This document shows positions 31,911-41,719 of a stretch of DNA of 64,000 nucleotides, one piece after another. Both the position numbers and the translations under genes were made by a program. Source of the stretch: Actinomycetes bacterium (GTDB lineage Bacteria; Actinomycetota; Actinomycetes; Actinomycetales; Dermatophilaceae); NCBI GenBank assembly GCA_029778715.1, contig JAKOPT010000090.1, forward strand, positions 16,336 through 80,335, given 5' to 3'. Positions within the stretch are counted from its first letter, which is position 1. Each line of letters opens with the position of its first letter. Under the pieces are notes generated by a model. The model worked only from the letters and a program-made list of their open reading frames with translations. It was not told the DNA's origin and did not search any database.

Positions 31911-33176
31911 ATGAGTCGGCACGTGGCACTGCCGCGCGCGGTGCGTGCCCGGCCGCGTATCGCGCGCGCGGCCCTGGTTGCGGTCGCGATCACGGTGACC
32001 CCCATCTCGACGGGCCTGTTCGACACGGCCCCCGGCGCTCGGGCCCTCGCGGCACCGGCCATGACCGCCCTGCCCAGCGATGTCGTCCCTAGTCAGGCCG
32101 ATGTCGACGCGGCGCGTGCCGCCGCCGCCCAGGCCGGCACCGCTCTCGACCGCGCCAACGCGACGTATCAGGCGGCGGCGACCGAACTGCTCCGGCTCCA
32201 GGGGATCGTTGCCGAGGCCGCCCAGTCGGCGGACCGTGCCGAGGCCGCGTTGACCCAGGCGACGAACTCGGCCCAAGCAGCCGCGGCTGTTGCCTCGGCG
32301 AGCAGCTCCACCGCGGCCCAGGCGTCCCTGGATGTTCGGCGCCAGGCTGCCCTGCTCTGGCAGGACCAGAACCTCGACGGCACGTGGAGCATGCTCCTCG
32401 ACGGAGGGGCCCCGCAGCGGATCGCCGACAAGGCCGCCGCACTCGACCTGCTCGGATCTCAGCGGCAGGCCGTGCTCGACCGAGCCACCATGACCGCTGG
32501 CATCGCGGCGGAGGACCAGCGCCGGGCCGATCGAGCCCGGTCCCAGCAAGAAACTGCGACCGTCGCCGCCCGGCAAGCCAGGGCTGATGCCCAACGCCAG
32601 GTCGACTCCTCTTCCGCGCGGGCGGCGGTCGTCCAGCGCCAACAGCAAGCGGCCATCGCCGACCTGGCTCGCCTCACCGGGGTCGCCACGTCGGTTGCTC
32701 AGCAGCGCCAGGATGCCCTCGCCGCCGAAGCGGCCCGGCTCGCCGCCGAACGCGAGGCCGCCCAACGGGCCGCTGCCGAACAGGCAGCCAACAGCGGGTC
32801 CGGCTCTGCCGGCGGTGGGTCCGGCTCCGCCGGCGGTGGCGGATGGCAGCCCAGCGGGGGCCTGAGCCCCTCCGAGGCGCAGGCGGCAGCCCGCTCGATG
32901 ATGGGCGACTGGGGGTTCGGCGGCGACCAATGGGGCTGTCTGCAATCGTTGTGGAACGGCGAGAGCGGATGGAACTGGGCGGCGCGCAACCCCTCGTCGG
33001 GGGCCTACGGCATACCCCAATCGCTGCCCGCGTCGAAGATGGCCTCGGCGGGGTCGGACTGGTTGACGAACGCTCGAACCCAGATCAGTTGGGGCCTGAC
33101 CTACATCAAGGGCCGTTACGGCAGCCCGTGCCAGGCCTGGTCCTTCTGGCAGTCGAAGTCGCCACACTGGTACTGA
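31911..33176 (+). CDS. Secreted coiled-coil protein with C-terminal lysozyme-like/lytic transglycosylase domain
   Basis: Signal peptide, Ala/Gln-rich coiled coil, Gly-Ser linker, LWNGESGW..A.NPSSGAYGIPQ, YIKGRYGSPC. Confidence 0.88.
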   Translation: MSRHVALPRAVRARPRIARAALVAVAITVTPISTGLFDTAPGARALAAPAMTALPSDVVPSQADVDAARAAAAQAGTALDRANATYQAAATELLRLQGIVAEAAQSADRAEAALTQATNSAQAAAAVASASSSTAAQASLDVRRQAALLWQDQNLDGTWSMLLDGGAPQRIADKAAALDLLGSQRQAVLDRATMTAGIAAEDQRRADRARSQQETATVAARQARADAQRQVDSSSARAAVVQRQQQAAIADLARLTGVATSVAQQRQDALAAEAARLAAEREAAQRAAAEQAANSGSGSAGGGSGSAGGGGWQPSGGLSPSEAQAAARSMMGDWGFGGDQWGCLQSLWNGESGWNWAARNPSSGAYGIPQSLPASKMASAGSDWLTNARTQISWGLTYIKGRYGSPCQAWSFWQSKSPHWY

Positions 33177-33177
33177 C

Positions 33178-33553
33178 GGATGAGTCGGCCGATACGCCGG
33201 GTTCTGTAACCCCTTGGCCGGCAGGCCAGGAGGCGACGGTCATCCCTCTCGGGTCGCCGTTGCCGACGACCTCTAGCGCTCTACCCGGATGCTCGGGCGG
33301 GCCGCCCTCGAACGCATCCTGTTTGAACTTGCTCCGGGTGGGGTTTACCGAGCCGACCGGGTCACCCCGGCCGCTGGTGGTCTCTTACACCACCGTTTCA
33401 CCCTCACCTCCGGCGAACCGGAGGCGGTCTGCTTTCTGTGGCACTGTCCCGCGGGTCGCCCCGGGTGGACGTTATCCACCACCGTGCCCTGTGGAGCCCG
33501 GACGTTCCTCGGCGGTGATTGCGCACCGACGCGACCGTCTGGCCGACTCATCC
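33178..33553 (-). ncRNA. rnpB: RNase P RNA (class A)
   Basis: GAGGAACGTCCGGGCTC, CAGTGCCACAGAAA, GGTGAAACGGTGGTGTAAGAGACCACC, ACAGAACCCGGCGTA; complementary termini; TAGACT -10 at 33561-33566. Confidence 0.97.
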
Positions 33554-33639
33554 GTGGTCCAGTCTACGGGTTCGGCTCGTCCCCGCCGGTATGCCGACCC
33601 GCCGCCCCCCGCACAACGGTGCGCCCTGCGTCGGCCGGG

Positions 33640-35079
33640 TCACCGGCCTTCCGGCTCGCCCTCGACGGCGAACCGGACGGTGCTCGTCGCGACCTCGGCC
33701 TCGGCGAGCCGGACGGTCACGTTTTCGCCGACGCGGGCGCTGCCGCTCGCCCCGGCGACGACCGCCGGTTCGAGCACCTGGACCGTGAGGCCCCGACGAC
33801 CGGACTCGACGACGACGGCGGGAAAGTGCTGGCCGACCCGCGCGCTGAGCACGGCGGCCTCGGCGGCATCGACACAGGCCCGCGACACCGCGCGCGCCGT
33901 GCGATCCGACCCGGCCATCAGCCCGGGCAGGGTGGGCAGCGCTTCCTCGACCCAGGTTGGCGGGTCTTCGCCGGCGCAGATGGCGAGGCACACCTCGAGC
34001 CCGAACCGGTCGACGAGGCGGCGCAGCGGGGCCGTGACGTGCGCGTACGTGCTCCCGAGGGCGGCGTGGAGGGGTAGGGCGTCCGACCCACCGCCGAGGA
34101 CGGCATACCCGGCGCCACGGAACAGCCCGCCCGCCTCGTAGATGAGCGCCAACTGGCGCGGATCGTCCCGGTCGAGCCCGGCGAGGAAGGCGCCGTAGGT
34201 CACCTCGGGGGCCCACGGGACGCCGAGCGCCGCGGCCTGCCGGCGGAACCGGTCCACGGCCGAAGCGTCGGCGGGCGGCATGGTCCGCACCACCCCGACT
34301 CCGGCCCGGCTCATCAGGGCGGCGGCGGCCACGCCGGTCATGAGCGAAATCTGGGCGTTCCAGTCCTCGGCGGGCAGCGGCGGCCGGAAGTGGACGGCAT
34401 ACCGGCCCTCGTCATCCCGCTCGACGACCTGCTCGGGCAACGGCAGGTGGGCTCCGCCGACCCGGATCTCGCGGGCCATCCGCAACCGACCGACCTCGCG
34501 CAGAAGGGTGAGGCGCTCGTCGGCGACGCCGGCGTCGAGGGCACCCTGGACCCCGGGGTAGTCGAGGCGGTCGCGGCTGCGCACCAGGGCCCGCTCGACG
34601 TGGACCGAGGTCACCTCACCGGTCGCGTCGAGGGTGAGGTCCCAGAGCACGGCCGGGCGCACCTGCCCGGGGAGCAACGAGGCGGCCCCCTCGGACAGCA
34701 CCCCGGGGTGGAGCGGGATGCGCTCGTCGGGGCAGTAGATCGTCTGCCCGCGGCGGCGGGCCTCGGTGTCGAGGGCTCCGCCCGGCGCGATGAACGCGCT
34801 GAGGTCGGCGATGGCGTAGCGCACCCGGAACCCGGCGCCGGCACGTTCGATGTGGAGGGCCTGATCGAGGTCCATCGACCCCGGCGGGTCGAGGGTGAGG
34901 AACGCGACCTCCGTGGCGTCGCGGCGCTGGCCGAGGTCGGGGGCAGCCGCGGCCCGGCTCGCCTCGGCGAGGACGTCCGCAGGGAAGGGGGCGGCGACGG
35001 CATACTCCTGGCGGACCGCCGCGAACCGGGCCACCAGGGCGGCATCCGTGGCGGTGAGGGTGAGGGCCGGTTGCGCCAT
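33640..35079 (-). CDS. RNB domain ribonuclease (RNase II/R family)
   Basis: TLDPPGSMDLDQA, YAIAD, YAHVTAPLRRLVD. Confidence 0.92.
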   Translation of the reverse strand: MAQPALTLTATDAALVARFAAVRQEYAVAAPFPADVLAEASRAAAAPDLGQRRDATEVAFLTLDPPGSMDLDQALHIERAGAGFRVRYAIADLSAFIAPGGALDTEARRRGQTIYCPDERIPLHPGVLSEGAASLLPGQVRPAVLWDLTLDATGEVTSVHVERALVRSRDRLDYPGVQGALDAGVADERLTLLREVGRLRMAREIRVGGAHLPLPEQVVERDDEGRYAVHFRPPLPAEDWNAQISLMTGVAAAALMSRAGVGVVRTMPPADASAVDRFRRQAAALGVPWAPEVTYGAFLAGLDRDDPRQLALIYEAGGLFRGAGYAVLGGGSDALPLHAALGSTYAHVTAPLRRLVDRFGLEVCLAICAGEDPPTWVEEALPTLPGLMAGSDRTARAVSRACVDAAEAAVLSARVGQHFPAVVVESGRRGLTVQVLEPAVVAGASGSARVGENVTVRLAEAEVATSTVRFAVEGEPEGR

Positions 35080-35115
35080 GCCGCTCAACCTAACAGCGCC
35101 GCCTACCCTGGGGGC

Positions 35116-35889
35116 GTGCTCATCCTGTTGCCGCCCTCGGAGGGCAAGACCCAGCCGCTCCGCGGTCGGCCGATGGACCCGGCGGCGCTGTCGCTCCCCG
35201 CGTTGGCCCCCACCCGGGACGCCGTCGCCGCTGCTGTGGCGCAGGTAAGCGCGCGGCCGGACGCCGCGGCCCTCCTCAAGGTCTCGCCCACGTTGTCCGC
35301 CGAGATCGCCCGCAACACGCGCCTGGCGACGGCGCCGGCCGCAGCGGCGCTCCGGGTGTACAGCGGGGTGCTCTACGACGCCCTGGGGTATGCCGCGCTC
35401 TCCCCCGCCGCCCGGCGGCGCGCCAACCGGTGGCTCGTCGTGATCTCCGCGCTGTATGGCGCGGTGCGCCCGACCGATCGGATCGCGCCCTACCGGTTGT
35501 CGATGGGCGTGCGGTTGCCCGGGGTCGGCGGGTTGGCGGCGACTTGGCGCCCGGTCCTGGACCCGGTGTTGACCGCAGCCGCCGGGCGCGGGCTCGTCGT
35601 GGACTGCCGGTCGAGCACGTATGCCGCCGCCTGGACCCCGAGCGGTGGAGTGGCCTCCCGCTGGGTGCAAGTCCAGGTGCCCGGCGCGACCCATCACGCG
35701 AAGCACACCCGCGGCCTCGTGGCCGCTGCCTTGTGTTCCCTGGCCGAGGAACCGCGCACCCCCGAGGCGTTGGCTCAGTCCTTGGCCCCCCGCTTCGAGG
35801 TCGCGTTGGCTGCCCCGACGCGACCCAGCCACCCCTGGCGCCTGTCGATCACCCCACCCGTCACCCCTTTCCCGCCTGAACCGTCCTAG
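35116..35889 (+). CDS. yaaA: YaaA family peroxide stress protein
   Basis: MLILLPPSEGK, YSGVLY, SALYG, IAPYRL, DCRS, KHTRG. Confidence 0.88.
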   Translation: MLILLPPSEGKTQPLRGRPMDPAALSLPALAPTRDAVAAAVAQVSARPDAAALLKVSPTLSAEIARNTRLATAPAAAALRVYSGVLYDALGYAALSPAARRRANRWLVVISALYGAVRPTDRIAPYRLSMGVRLPGVGGLAATWRPVLDPVLTAAAGRGLVVDCRSSTYAAAWTPSGGVASRWVQVQVPGATHHAKHTRGLVAAALCSLAEEPRTPEALAQSLAPRFEVALAAPTRPSHPWRLSITPPVTPFPPEPS

Positions 35890-35937
35890 GTCCACTTCGC
35901 ACCCCGACCGTTCCTCGGCGAACCGCACCTTTCCCAC
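35857..35937. repeat. 81-bp dispersed repeat, copy B (contains the yaaA stop)
   Basis: Aligns with 14323-14403. Confidence 0.85.
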
Positions 35938-35961
35938 CGCAAGGCGCCAGAAACCGGCGGC

Positions 35962-36420
35962 TCAGACCTCGCCCAGGATGACCGCGGCCAGCGTCGCGGC
36001 AACCTCCGAGGCGGCCTCCCGAGTAGCCCGATCCGGGGCACCGGTGACCTCGAGAGCCGGCGCCACGGGCGACCAGCCCAACCCGGTGACGATGCGCTCG
36101 ATCGACCGGACCGCCCCGGTGGTGTCGTTATTGCCGTGGACGATCGCGGCATACGGACGGCCGACGGTCTCCCGCAGGCACGGGTAGTAGATCGTGTCGA
36201 AGAAGTGCTTCATCGCCCCCGCCATGTACCCGAGGTTCGCGGGGCTGACCAGCAGATAGCCGTCCGCCGCGAGGACCTCGGCCGCGCTCGCCGTCAAGGC
36301 CGCAGCGGTGACGACCTCGACACCGACGAGTTCGGGATGCTGCGCCCCCGCCAACCCGGCCTCGACCACCTCATCAAGCGCCGGGGAAACCGTGTGGTGG
36401 ACCACCAGCAGCCGAGGCAC
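35962..36420 (-). CDS. Flavodoxin family protein
   Basis: SPANLGYMAGAMKHFFD, HGNNDTTGA. Confidence 0.85.
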   Translation of the reverse strand: MPRLLVVHHTVSPALDEVVEAGLAGAQHPELVGVEVVTAAALTASAAEVLAADGYLLVSPANLGYMAGAMKHFFDTIYYPCLRETVGRPYAAIVHGNNDTTGAVRSIERIVTGLGWSPVAPALEVTGAPDRATREAASEVAATLAAVILGEV

Positions 36421-36423
36421 GGG

Positions 36424-37611
36424 TCACCACCCCGCGACGCGCAACGCCTGGTCGAGATCGGCGACCAGGTCGTCCGGGTCTTCGAGACCGACGCTGAGGC
36501 GGATCGTGCCGTCCTGGATGCCGACCGCGGCCCGGTCCGCCGGCGACAACCGGCGGTGGGTCGTCGTCGCAGGGTGGGTCGTCAGCGATTTGGCGTCGCC
36601 GAGGTTGTTGGAGATGTCGATCAGGCCCAGGGCGTTCATCAGCGCGAAAGCCTGCTCCTTGCCCCCGTCCACCTCGAAGGTCACGACCGTCCCCCCACCC
36701 GTCATCTGGCGCCGCGCCAACGCGTGCTGCGGATGGGTCGGCAGCCACGGGTGGAGCACCCGCCGCACCCCGCGACGCTCCTGGAGGAACCCCGCCACCG
36801 TCAGCGCGCCTCGATGCATCGCCTCGACCCGCAACCGGAGCGTCTCCAACCCCTTAGTGAGCACCCAGGCGTTGAACGGCGACAACGACGGCCCGGTATG
36901 CCGCATGAGGTTCTTCACCGGCCCGCCGATGAAATCGGCCGGCCCGAGCACCGCGCCACCCAACGTGCGCCCCTGGCCGTCAATGTGTTTCGTCGCCGAG
37001 TAGACGACGATGTCGGCACCGTGGGCGAGCGGACGCGAAAACACCGGGGTCCCGAAAACGTTGTCGACGACGACCTTGGCCCCGGCCGCATGCGCCAGAG
37101 CACTCACGGCGGCGATATCGACCAACTCCATCATCGGGTTGCTCGGCGTCTCGAAGAACACCGCAGTCGTCGGCACCGACAGCGCCGCCTCCCATTGCGC
37201 CAGGTCGGTCCCGTCGACCAGCACCGTCTCGACCCCGAACCGCGGCAGGATCTCATCGACGATGACGAAACACGACCCGAACAAGGCCCGCGAGGCCACC
37301 ACCCGATCCCCCGCGCCGCACAACGCGGCGAGCGCGACCCAGACCGCGGCCATCCCCGACCCGGTGGCGTAGCACGCCGGCGCCCCCTCCAACTGGCGCA
37401 GCCGCTCCTCGAACACACTGACCGTCGGGTTGCCGTAGCGGCTGTAGATGTAATGGTCGATCTCGTCCTTGAACGCCGCCTCGGCCTCCTGCGCCGACCC
37501 ATAGACGAACCCCGAGGTGAGGTAGAGCGCCTCAGCCGTCTCGTCGAAACCGCTGCGCTGCAGCCCTCCTCGCACCGCCACCGTTTGCGGGGCCCACTGC
37601 TGCCCGGCCAT
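36424..37611 (-). CDS. metZ: O-succinylhomoserine sulfhydrylase
   Basis: ETAEALYLTSG, YSRYGNPT, ETPSNP, YSATKHIDGQGR, SNNLGD. Confidence 0.93.
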   Translation of the reverse strand: MAGQQWAPQTVAVRGGLQRSGFDETAEALYLTSGFVYGSAQEAEAAFKDEIDHYIYSRYGNPTVSVFEERLRQLEGAPACYATGSGMAAVWVALAALCGAGDRVVASRALFGSCFVIVDEILPRFGVETVLVDGTDLAQWEAALSVPTTAVFFETPSNPMMELVDIAAVSALAHAAGAKVVVDNVFGTPVFSRPLAHGADIVVYSATKHIDGQGRTLGGAVLGPADFIGGPVKNLMRHTGPSLSPFNAWVLTKGLETLRLRVEAMHRGALTVAGFLQERRGVRRVLHPWLPTHPQHALARRQMTGGGTVVTFEVDGGKEQAFALMNALGLIDISNNLGDAKSLTTHPATTTHRRLSPADRAAVGIQDGTIRLSVGLEDPDDLVADLDQALRVAGW

Positions 37612-37613
37612 GC

Positions 37614-38027
37614 TCAGCCCTGCCGCCAGGGCAGTCCGATGTTCTTCCAGCCCGCGACGAGCCGGTGCCCCGCGGCGTCGAGGGGACCTTCGAACCCGTC
37701 GAGGATGTTGTATGCCGGCCCCAACCCGGCCGCGGTCGCCGCCGAAGCGGCGCCTTGGGAGCGTGCACCGCTGCGGCACAGGAAGTAGAGCGGGCGACCG
37801 GCCTCGATCCCCGCGGCGCGCAGGGCATCGACGAACCCGGCGTTGCGGGTGCCGTCGGGGTAGTTCTGCCATTCGATGAGGAGCAGCGCCGGCGCCGTCT
37901 CGGGGACCTCGGGCACCCCGACATAGGCCCATTCGGCCCGGGTGCGCACATCGACGAGGACACCGCGCTCGGGTCCGGTGACGGCGGCATACGCCTGGGT
38001 GGGGGTGACATCGGCGGCATACGTCAT
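37614..38027 (-). CDS. Rhodanese-like domain protein
   Basis: DVRTRAEW, LCRSGARS, GFEG, GWK; co-oriented with metZ. Confidence 0.92.
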   Translation of the reverse strand: MTYAADVTPTQAYAAVTGPERGVLVDVRTRAEWAYVGVPEVPETAPALLLIEWQNYPDGTRNAGFVDALRAAGIEAGRPLYFLCRSGARSQGAASAATAAGLGPAYNILDGFEGPLDAAGHRLVAGWKNIGLPWRQG

Positions 38028-38085
38028 GGCGGACAGGGTATGCCGCGCGCTCCCCACCCAGCCGAGGCGTCCGCTCCGCGGCTGC

Positions 38086-39255
38086 TCAGGTGCGGTTGAC
38101 GAAGGCGAACTGATAGTCGCCGTTCTCCCAGATCTCGACCGCGGTGAGCGAGCCGGGGGCGATCGCCAGCCGCCATGCCTTGTCGTCGTCGAGACCCAAG
38201 AGGTGGACGAGCAGGACGAGGATGACCAGCCGGTGACAGACGAGGATCGCGGTGCCGCCCTCGGCGACGAGCCGGTCCCAGGCGGGCAGCACCCGTTCGG
38301 CCAACTGGGTGCGGGTCTCCCCGCCCTCGGGGGCGTAGTCGGGGTCGAGGCGCATCCGTTCGAACCCGTGGTCGGGGTCGTGGAGCAGGTCGGTGATGAG
38401 GGCACCGTCCCAGACGCCGAAGTCCTGTTCGTCGAAGTCGGGCTCGATGGTGGTCTCCAGCCCGGTGGCGTGCGCGATGGCGGCGCCGGTCTCCTGGGCG
38501 CGGGCGAGGGAGGAGGTGACGATCCGGGCGGGGCGCCCGCCGAGCAGGTGAGCCAACGCCCGGCCGGCGGCAGCGGCCTGGGCCTGCCCGGCTTCGGACA
38601 ACGAGGGGTCGGCCCCGCCGCGACCGTCGAGGCGCCCCTCCTCGGTGAAGGGGGTGACGCCGTGTCGCACGACGACGATCCTGGTCAGGGCGCCCCGGCC
38701 GGGCCCAGGTGGCCGCTCCCCGGCTCCGGTCGCGGCCGCTCCTGGGCCGCGGGACGGGCGAGGGTCCGGGGCCGGAAGGTCCTCGACGGAGGCCTCGCCA
38801 CCGAAGACCCGGTCGATGGTTTCGCCGTCCATGGCGAGGTTGGACAGGGCATCGGCCGCCTTGTTGTCCGCGCGCGGGATCCAGGTGAACCGGACCGACC
38901 CGCCGGCGGCCTCGATCCGGGCGAAGATCTCACGGGCCTGCGCGGCGAGCCGACGCATGTCCTCGTGTTTGATCTTCCACCGCCCGGACATCTGCTCGAC
39001 CACCAGTTTGGAGTCCATCCGCACGGTGACGCGTGCGTCGGCGGCGATGGTTTCGGCGGCCTCCAGCCCGGCGATCAGCCCGCGGTACTCGGCGACGTTG
39101 TTCGACACCTGACCGAGCGGTTCGGCCCGTTCGGCCAGCAGGGCCCCGGTGCGCCCGTCCCGCACCAGGGCGCCGTACCCGGCCACTCCGGGGTTGCCGC
39201 GCGACCCGCCGTCGGCTTCGACGGTGAGTGTGCGGGTGCCGGCGGGGCGGGCCAC
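38086..39255 (-). CDS. Bifunctional RNase HI / histidine phosphatase (Rv2228c-like)
   Basis: ADGGSRGNPG, NNVAEY, DSKLV, then RHG phosphatase domain. Confidence 0.93.
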   Translation of the reverse strand: MARPAGTRTLTVEADGGSRGNPGVAGYGALVRDGRTGALLAERAEPLGQVSNNVAEYRGLIAGLEAAETIAADARVTVRMDSKLVVEQMSGRWKIKHEDMRRLAAQAREIFARIEAAGGSVRFTWIPRADNKAADALSNLAMDGETIDRVFGGEASVEDLPAPDPRPSRGPGAAATGAGERPPGPGRGALTRIVVVRHGVTPFTEEGRLDGRGGADPSLSEAGQAQAAAAGRALAHLLGGRPARIVTSSLARAQETGAAIAHATGLETTIEPDFDEQDFGVWDGALITDLLHDPDHGFERMRLDPDYAPEGGETRTQLAERVLPAWDRLVAEGGTAILVCHRLVILVLLVHLLGLDDDKAWRLAIAPGSLTAVEIWENGDYQFAFVNRT

Positions 39256-39258
39256 GGG

Positions 39259-39996
39259 TCAGAGCCCCGATTCCGGGGTGCGGACGAGGAGGCGGCGGCA
39301 TTCCTCGCAGCGGAGCACCTCATCGGGCGCGGCACCGCGGATGCGGTCGAGGTCGACCTGGTTGAGTTCGAGTTGGCACCCCAGGCAGCGGCGCCGGCTG
39401 AGGGCGGCGGCCCCGATGCCGCTTGTGGCCCGGATCTTGTCGTAGAGGGCCATGAGGTCCGGGCCGATCTGCTCGGCATACGTATGCCGCGGGACGGTCA
39501 CCTCGGCCTCTTCGGCCGCCAGCTCGGCCAGGCGGGCGTCGCGGTCGGCCTCCAGCGCGGCGATCCGAGTGGCCAGCTCGGCCATCCCGCGCTCCAGTTC
39601 GGCCACGTCGGAGGCGGCGGCCTCGGCACGCTCCATGACCTCAAGCTCGACATCCTCGAGTTCGCTCTGGCGGCGCGCCAGGGACTCCAGCTCGTGCTGG
39701 ATGGCCTGGAGTTCCTTGGCGGTACCGGTGCCGGCGTCGAGCCGGGCCTGGTCCCGGGCGGCGCGCGCCCGCACCTGGGCGACGTCGGCTTCGGCCTTGG
39801 CGATGTCGCGTTGCAGATCGTCCAACTCGGTGCGGGCTCGGATCAACTGGTCATCGAGCAACCCGGCCTTGCGGCCCAGGTCGGCGAGTTCGGCCAATTG
39901 GGGCAGGTGGGCCCGGGCGTGCGCGATCTGAGCCACCCGGGTGTCGATCGCCTGCAGGTCGAGCAGACGCAACTGACGCTCGGGAGCGGCTTTCAC
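39259..39996 (-). CDS. Coiled-coil C4 zinc-ribbon protein (Rv2229c-like)
   Basis: LLDLQAID start, CLGC...CEEC. Confidence 0.9.
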   Translation of the reverse strand: MKAAPERQLRLLDLQAIDTRVAQIAHARAHLPQLAELADLGRKAGLLDDQLIRARTELDDLQRDIAKAEADVAQVRARAARDQARLDAGTGTAKELQAIQHELESLARRQSELEDVELEVMERAEAAASDVAELERGMAELATRIAALEADRDARLAELAAEEAEVTVPRHTYAEQIGPDLMALYDKIRATSGIGAAALSRRRCLGCQLELNQVDLDRIRGAAPDEVLRCEECRRLLVRTPESGL

Positions 39997-40096
39997 GGCA
40001 TACCTCCGACGATGAGAAACGGTGTGGGCCTGGCCGAAACCCTACCCGCCCGGGCGCGCCGGCCCTCCAATCTCGACCAGCGAGACAAGTCGGCCC

Positions 40097-40112
40097 GTAA
40101 CACCGGCGAAAC
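40097..40112 (+). promoter_or_regulatory. GlnR box upstream of glnA1
   Basis: GTAAC-ACCGGC-GAAAC. Confidence 0.8.
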
Positions 40113-40204
40113 ATCCGGGTCATGGACGGTTAATCGCGCCGACGTAGCGTGGAGACAACGCACCGGGCCGGCGCATGGCCCATCCACCGCTTCAGGAGGC
40201 TCCC

Positions 40205-41629
40205 TTGTTCAGCTCCGCTGAGGACGTCCTCGCCTACATCAAGGACGAGGACGTCAAGTTCGTCGACATTCGCTTCTGCGACCTGCCCGGCATCATGCAG
40301 CACTTCAACGTGCCCGCCGAGTCCCTCGACGAGGATTTCTTCACGGTCGGCCAGGCCTTCGACGGTTCCTCGATCCGCGGCTTCCAGGCCATCCACGAGT
40401 CGGACATGAAGTTGCTGCCCGACGTGGCAACGGCCTACCTCGACCCGTTCCGCGCCGAGAAGACCCTCATCATGAACTTCTCGATCGTCGACCCCTTCAC
40501 CGACGAGCCCTACAGCCGCGACCCCCGCAACATCGCCGCCAAGGCCGAGGCCTACCTCAAGTCCACCGGCATCGCCGACACAGCCTACTTCGGGGCCGAG
40601 GCCGAGTTCTTCATCTTCGACGACGTCCGGTTCGAGACCAAGGCCAACGCGGGCTACTACTTCATCGACTCCAAGGCCGCCGTGTGGAACAGCGGCCGGG
40701 TCGAAGAGGGCGGCAACCTCGGTTACAAGCCGCGCAGCAAGGGCGGCTACTTCCCGGTGCCGCCGGTCGACCACTTCGCCGACCTGCGCGACCGCATCTG
40801 CCTGATCCTCAAGGACGTCGGCCTCACCGTCGAGCGCAGCCACCACGAGGTCGCCTCCGGTGGTCAGCAGGAGATCAACTACAAGTTCAACACCCTGCTG
40901 CACTCCGGCGACGACATGATGAAGTTCAAGTACGTCGTCAAGAACACCGCGTGGGCGGGCGGGCAGACCGCGACCTTCATGCCCAAGCCGATCTTCGGTG
41001 ACAACGGCTCCGGGATGCACACCCACCAGTCGCTGTGGAAGAACGGCGAGCCGCTGTTCTACGACGAGCGCGGCTACGGCGGCCTCTCCGACATCGCCCG
41101 TTGGTACATCGGCGGCCTGCTCAAGCACGCCCCGGCGCTGCTCGCCTTCACCAACCCAACGGTCAACTCCTACCACCGCTTGGTCCCCGGCTACGAGGCC
41201 CCGGTCAACCTGGTCTACTCCGCGCGCAACCGCTCCGCCTGCATCCGGATCCCGATCGCGGGCACCTCCCCCAAGGCCAAGCGCATCGAGTTCCGCATCC
41301 CCGACCCCTCGTGCAACCCCTACCTCGCCTTCGCCGCCCAGCTCATGGCCGGCCTCGACGGGATCAAGAACCGCATCGAGCCCCCGGAGCCCGTGGACAA
41401 GGACCTCTACGAACTGCCCCCGGAGGAGCACGCCTCGATCCAGCAGGTCCCCGGGTCGCTCGGCGAGGTCCTCGACGCCCTCGAAGCCGACCACGACTTC
41501 CTCCTCGAAGGTGACGTGTTCACCCCCGACGTGATCGCCACCTGGATCGAGTACAAGCGCAAGAACGAGATCGACCCGATCCGCTTCCGCCCGCACCCCC
41601 ACGAATTCGAGATGTACTTCGACATCTGA
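40205..41629 (+). CDS. glnA: Type I glutamine synthetase (GlnA1)
   Basis: AGGAGG RBS and TTG start; [24 protein letters not shown] adenylylation site. Confidence 0.98.
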   Translation: MFSSAEDVLAYIKDEDVKFVDIRFCDLPGIMQHFNVPAESLDEDFFTVGQAFDGSSIRGFQAIHESDMKLLPDVATAYLDPFRAEKTLIMNFSIVDPFTDEPYSRDPRNIAAKAEAYLKSTGIADTAYFGAEAEFFIFDDVRFETKANAGYYFIDSKAAVWNSGRVEEGGNLGYKPRSKGGYFPVPPVDHFADLRDRICLILKDVGLTVERSHHEVASGGQQEINYKFNTLLHSGDDMMKFKYVVKNTAWAGGQTATFMPKPIFGDNGSGMHTHQSLWKNGEPLFYDERGYGGLSDIARWYIGGLLKHAPALLAFTNPTVNSYHRLVPGYEAPVNLVYSARNRSACIRIPIAGTSPKAKRIEFRIPDPSCNPYLAFAAQLMAGLDGIKNRIEPPEPVDKDLYELPPEEHASIQQVPGSLGEVLDALEADHDFLLEGDVFTPDVIATWIEYKRKNEIDPIRFRPHPHEFEMYFDI

Positions 41630-41660
41630 GATTCACCGGCCGGGTCTCCCGGCACCTCCA

Positions 41661-41699
41661 CCGTATGCCGTCCGCTCGCCGTGAGCGGGCGGCATACGG
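41661..41699. terminator. Hairpin between convergent glnA and acyl-CoA dehydrogenase, built from an inverted pair of the 8-mer
   Basis: CCGTATGCCGTCCGCTC-loop-GAGCGGGCGGCATACGG. Confidence 0.75.
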
Positions 41700-41719
41700 C
41701 GTCCGCGGCGGCCAATCTG

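Noticed and set aside
38028-38085. SAM riboswitch upstream of rhodanese-metZ
   Set aside because: The spacer is under 60 bp and the gene appears leaderless
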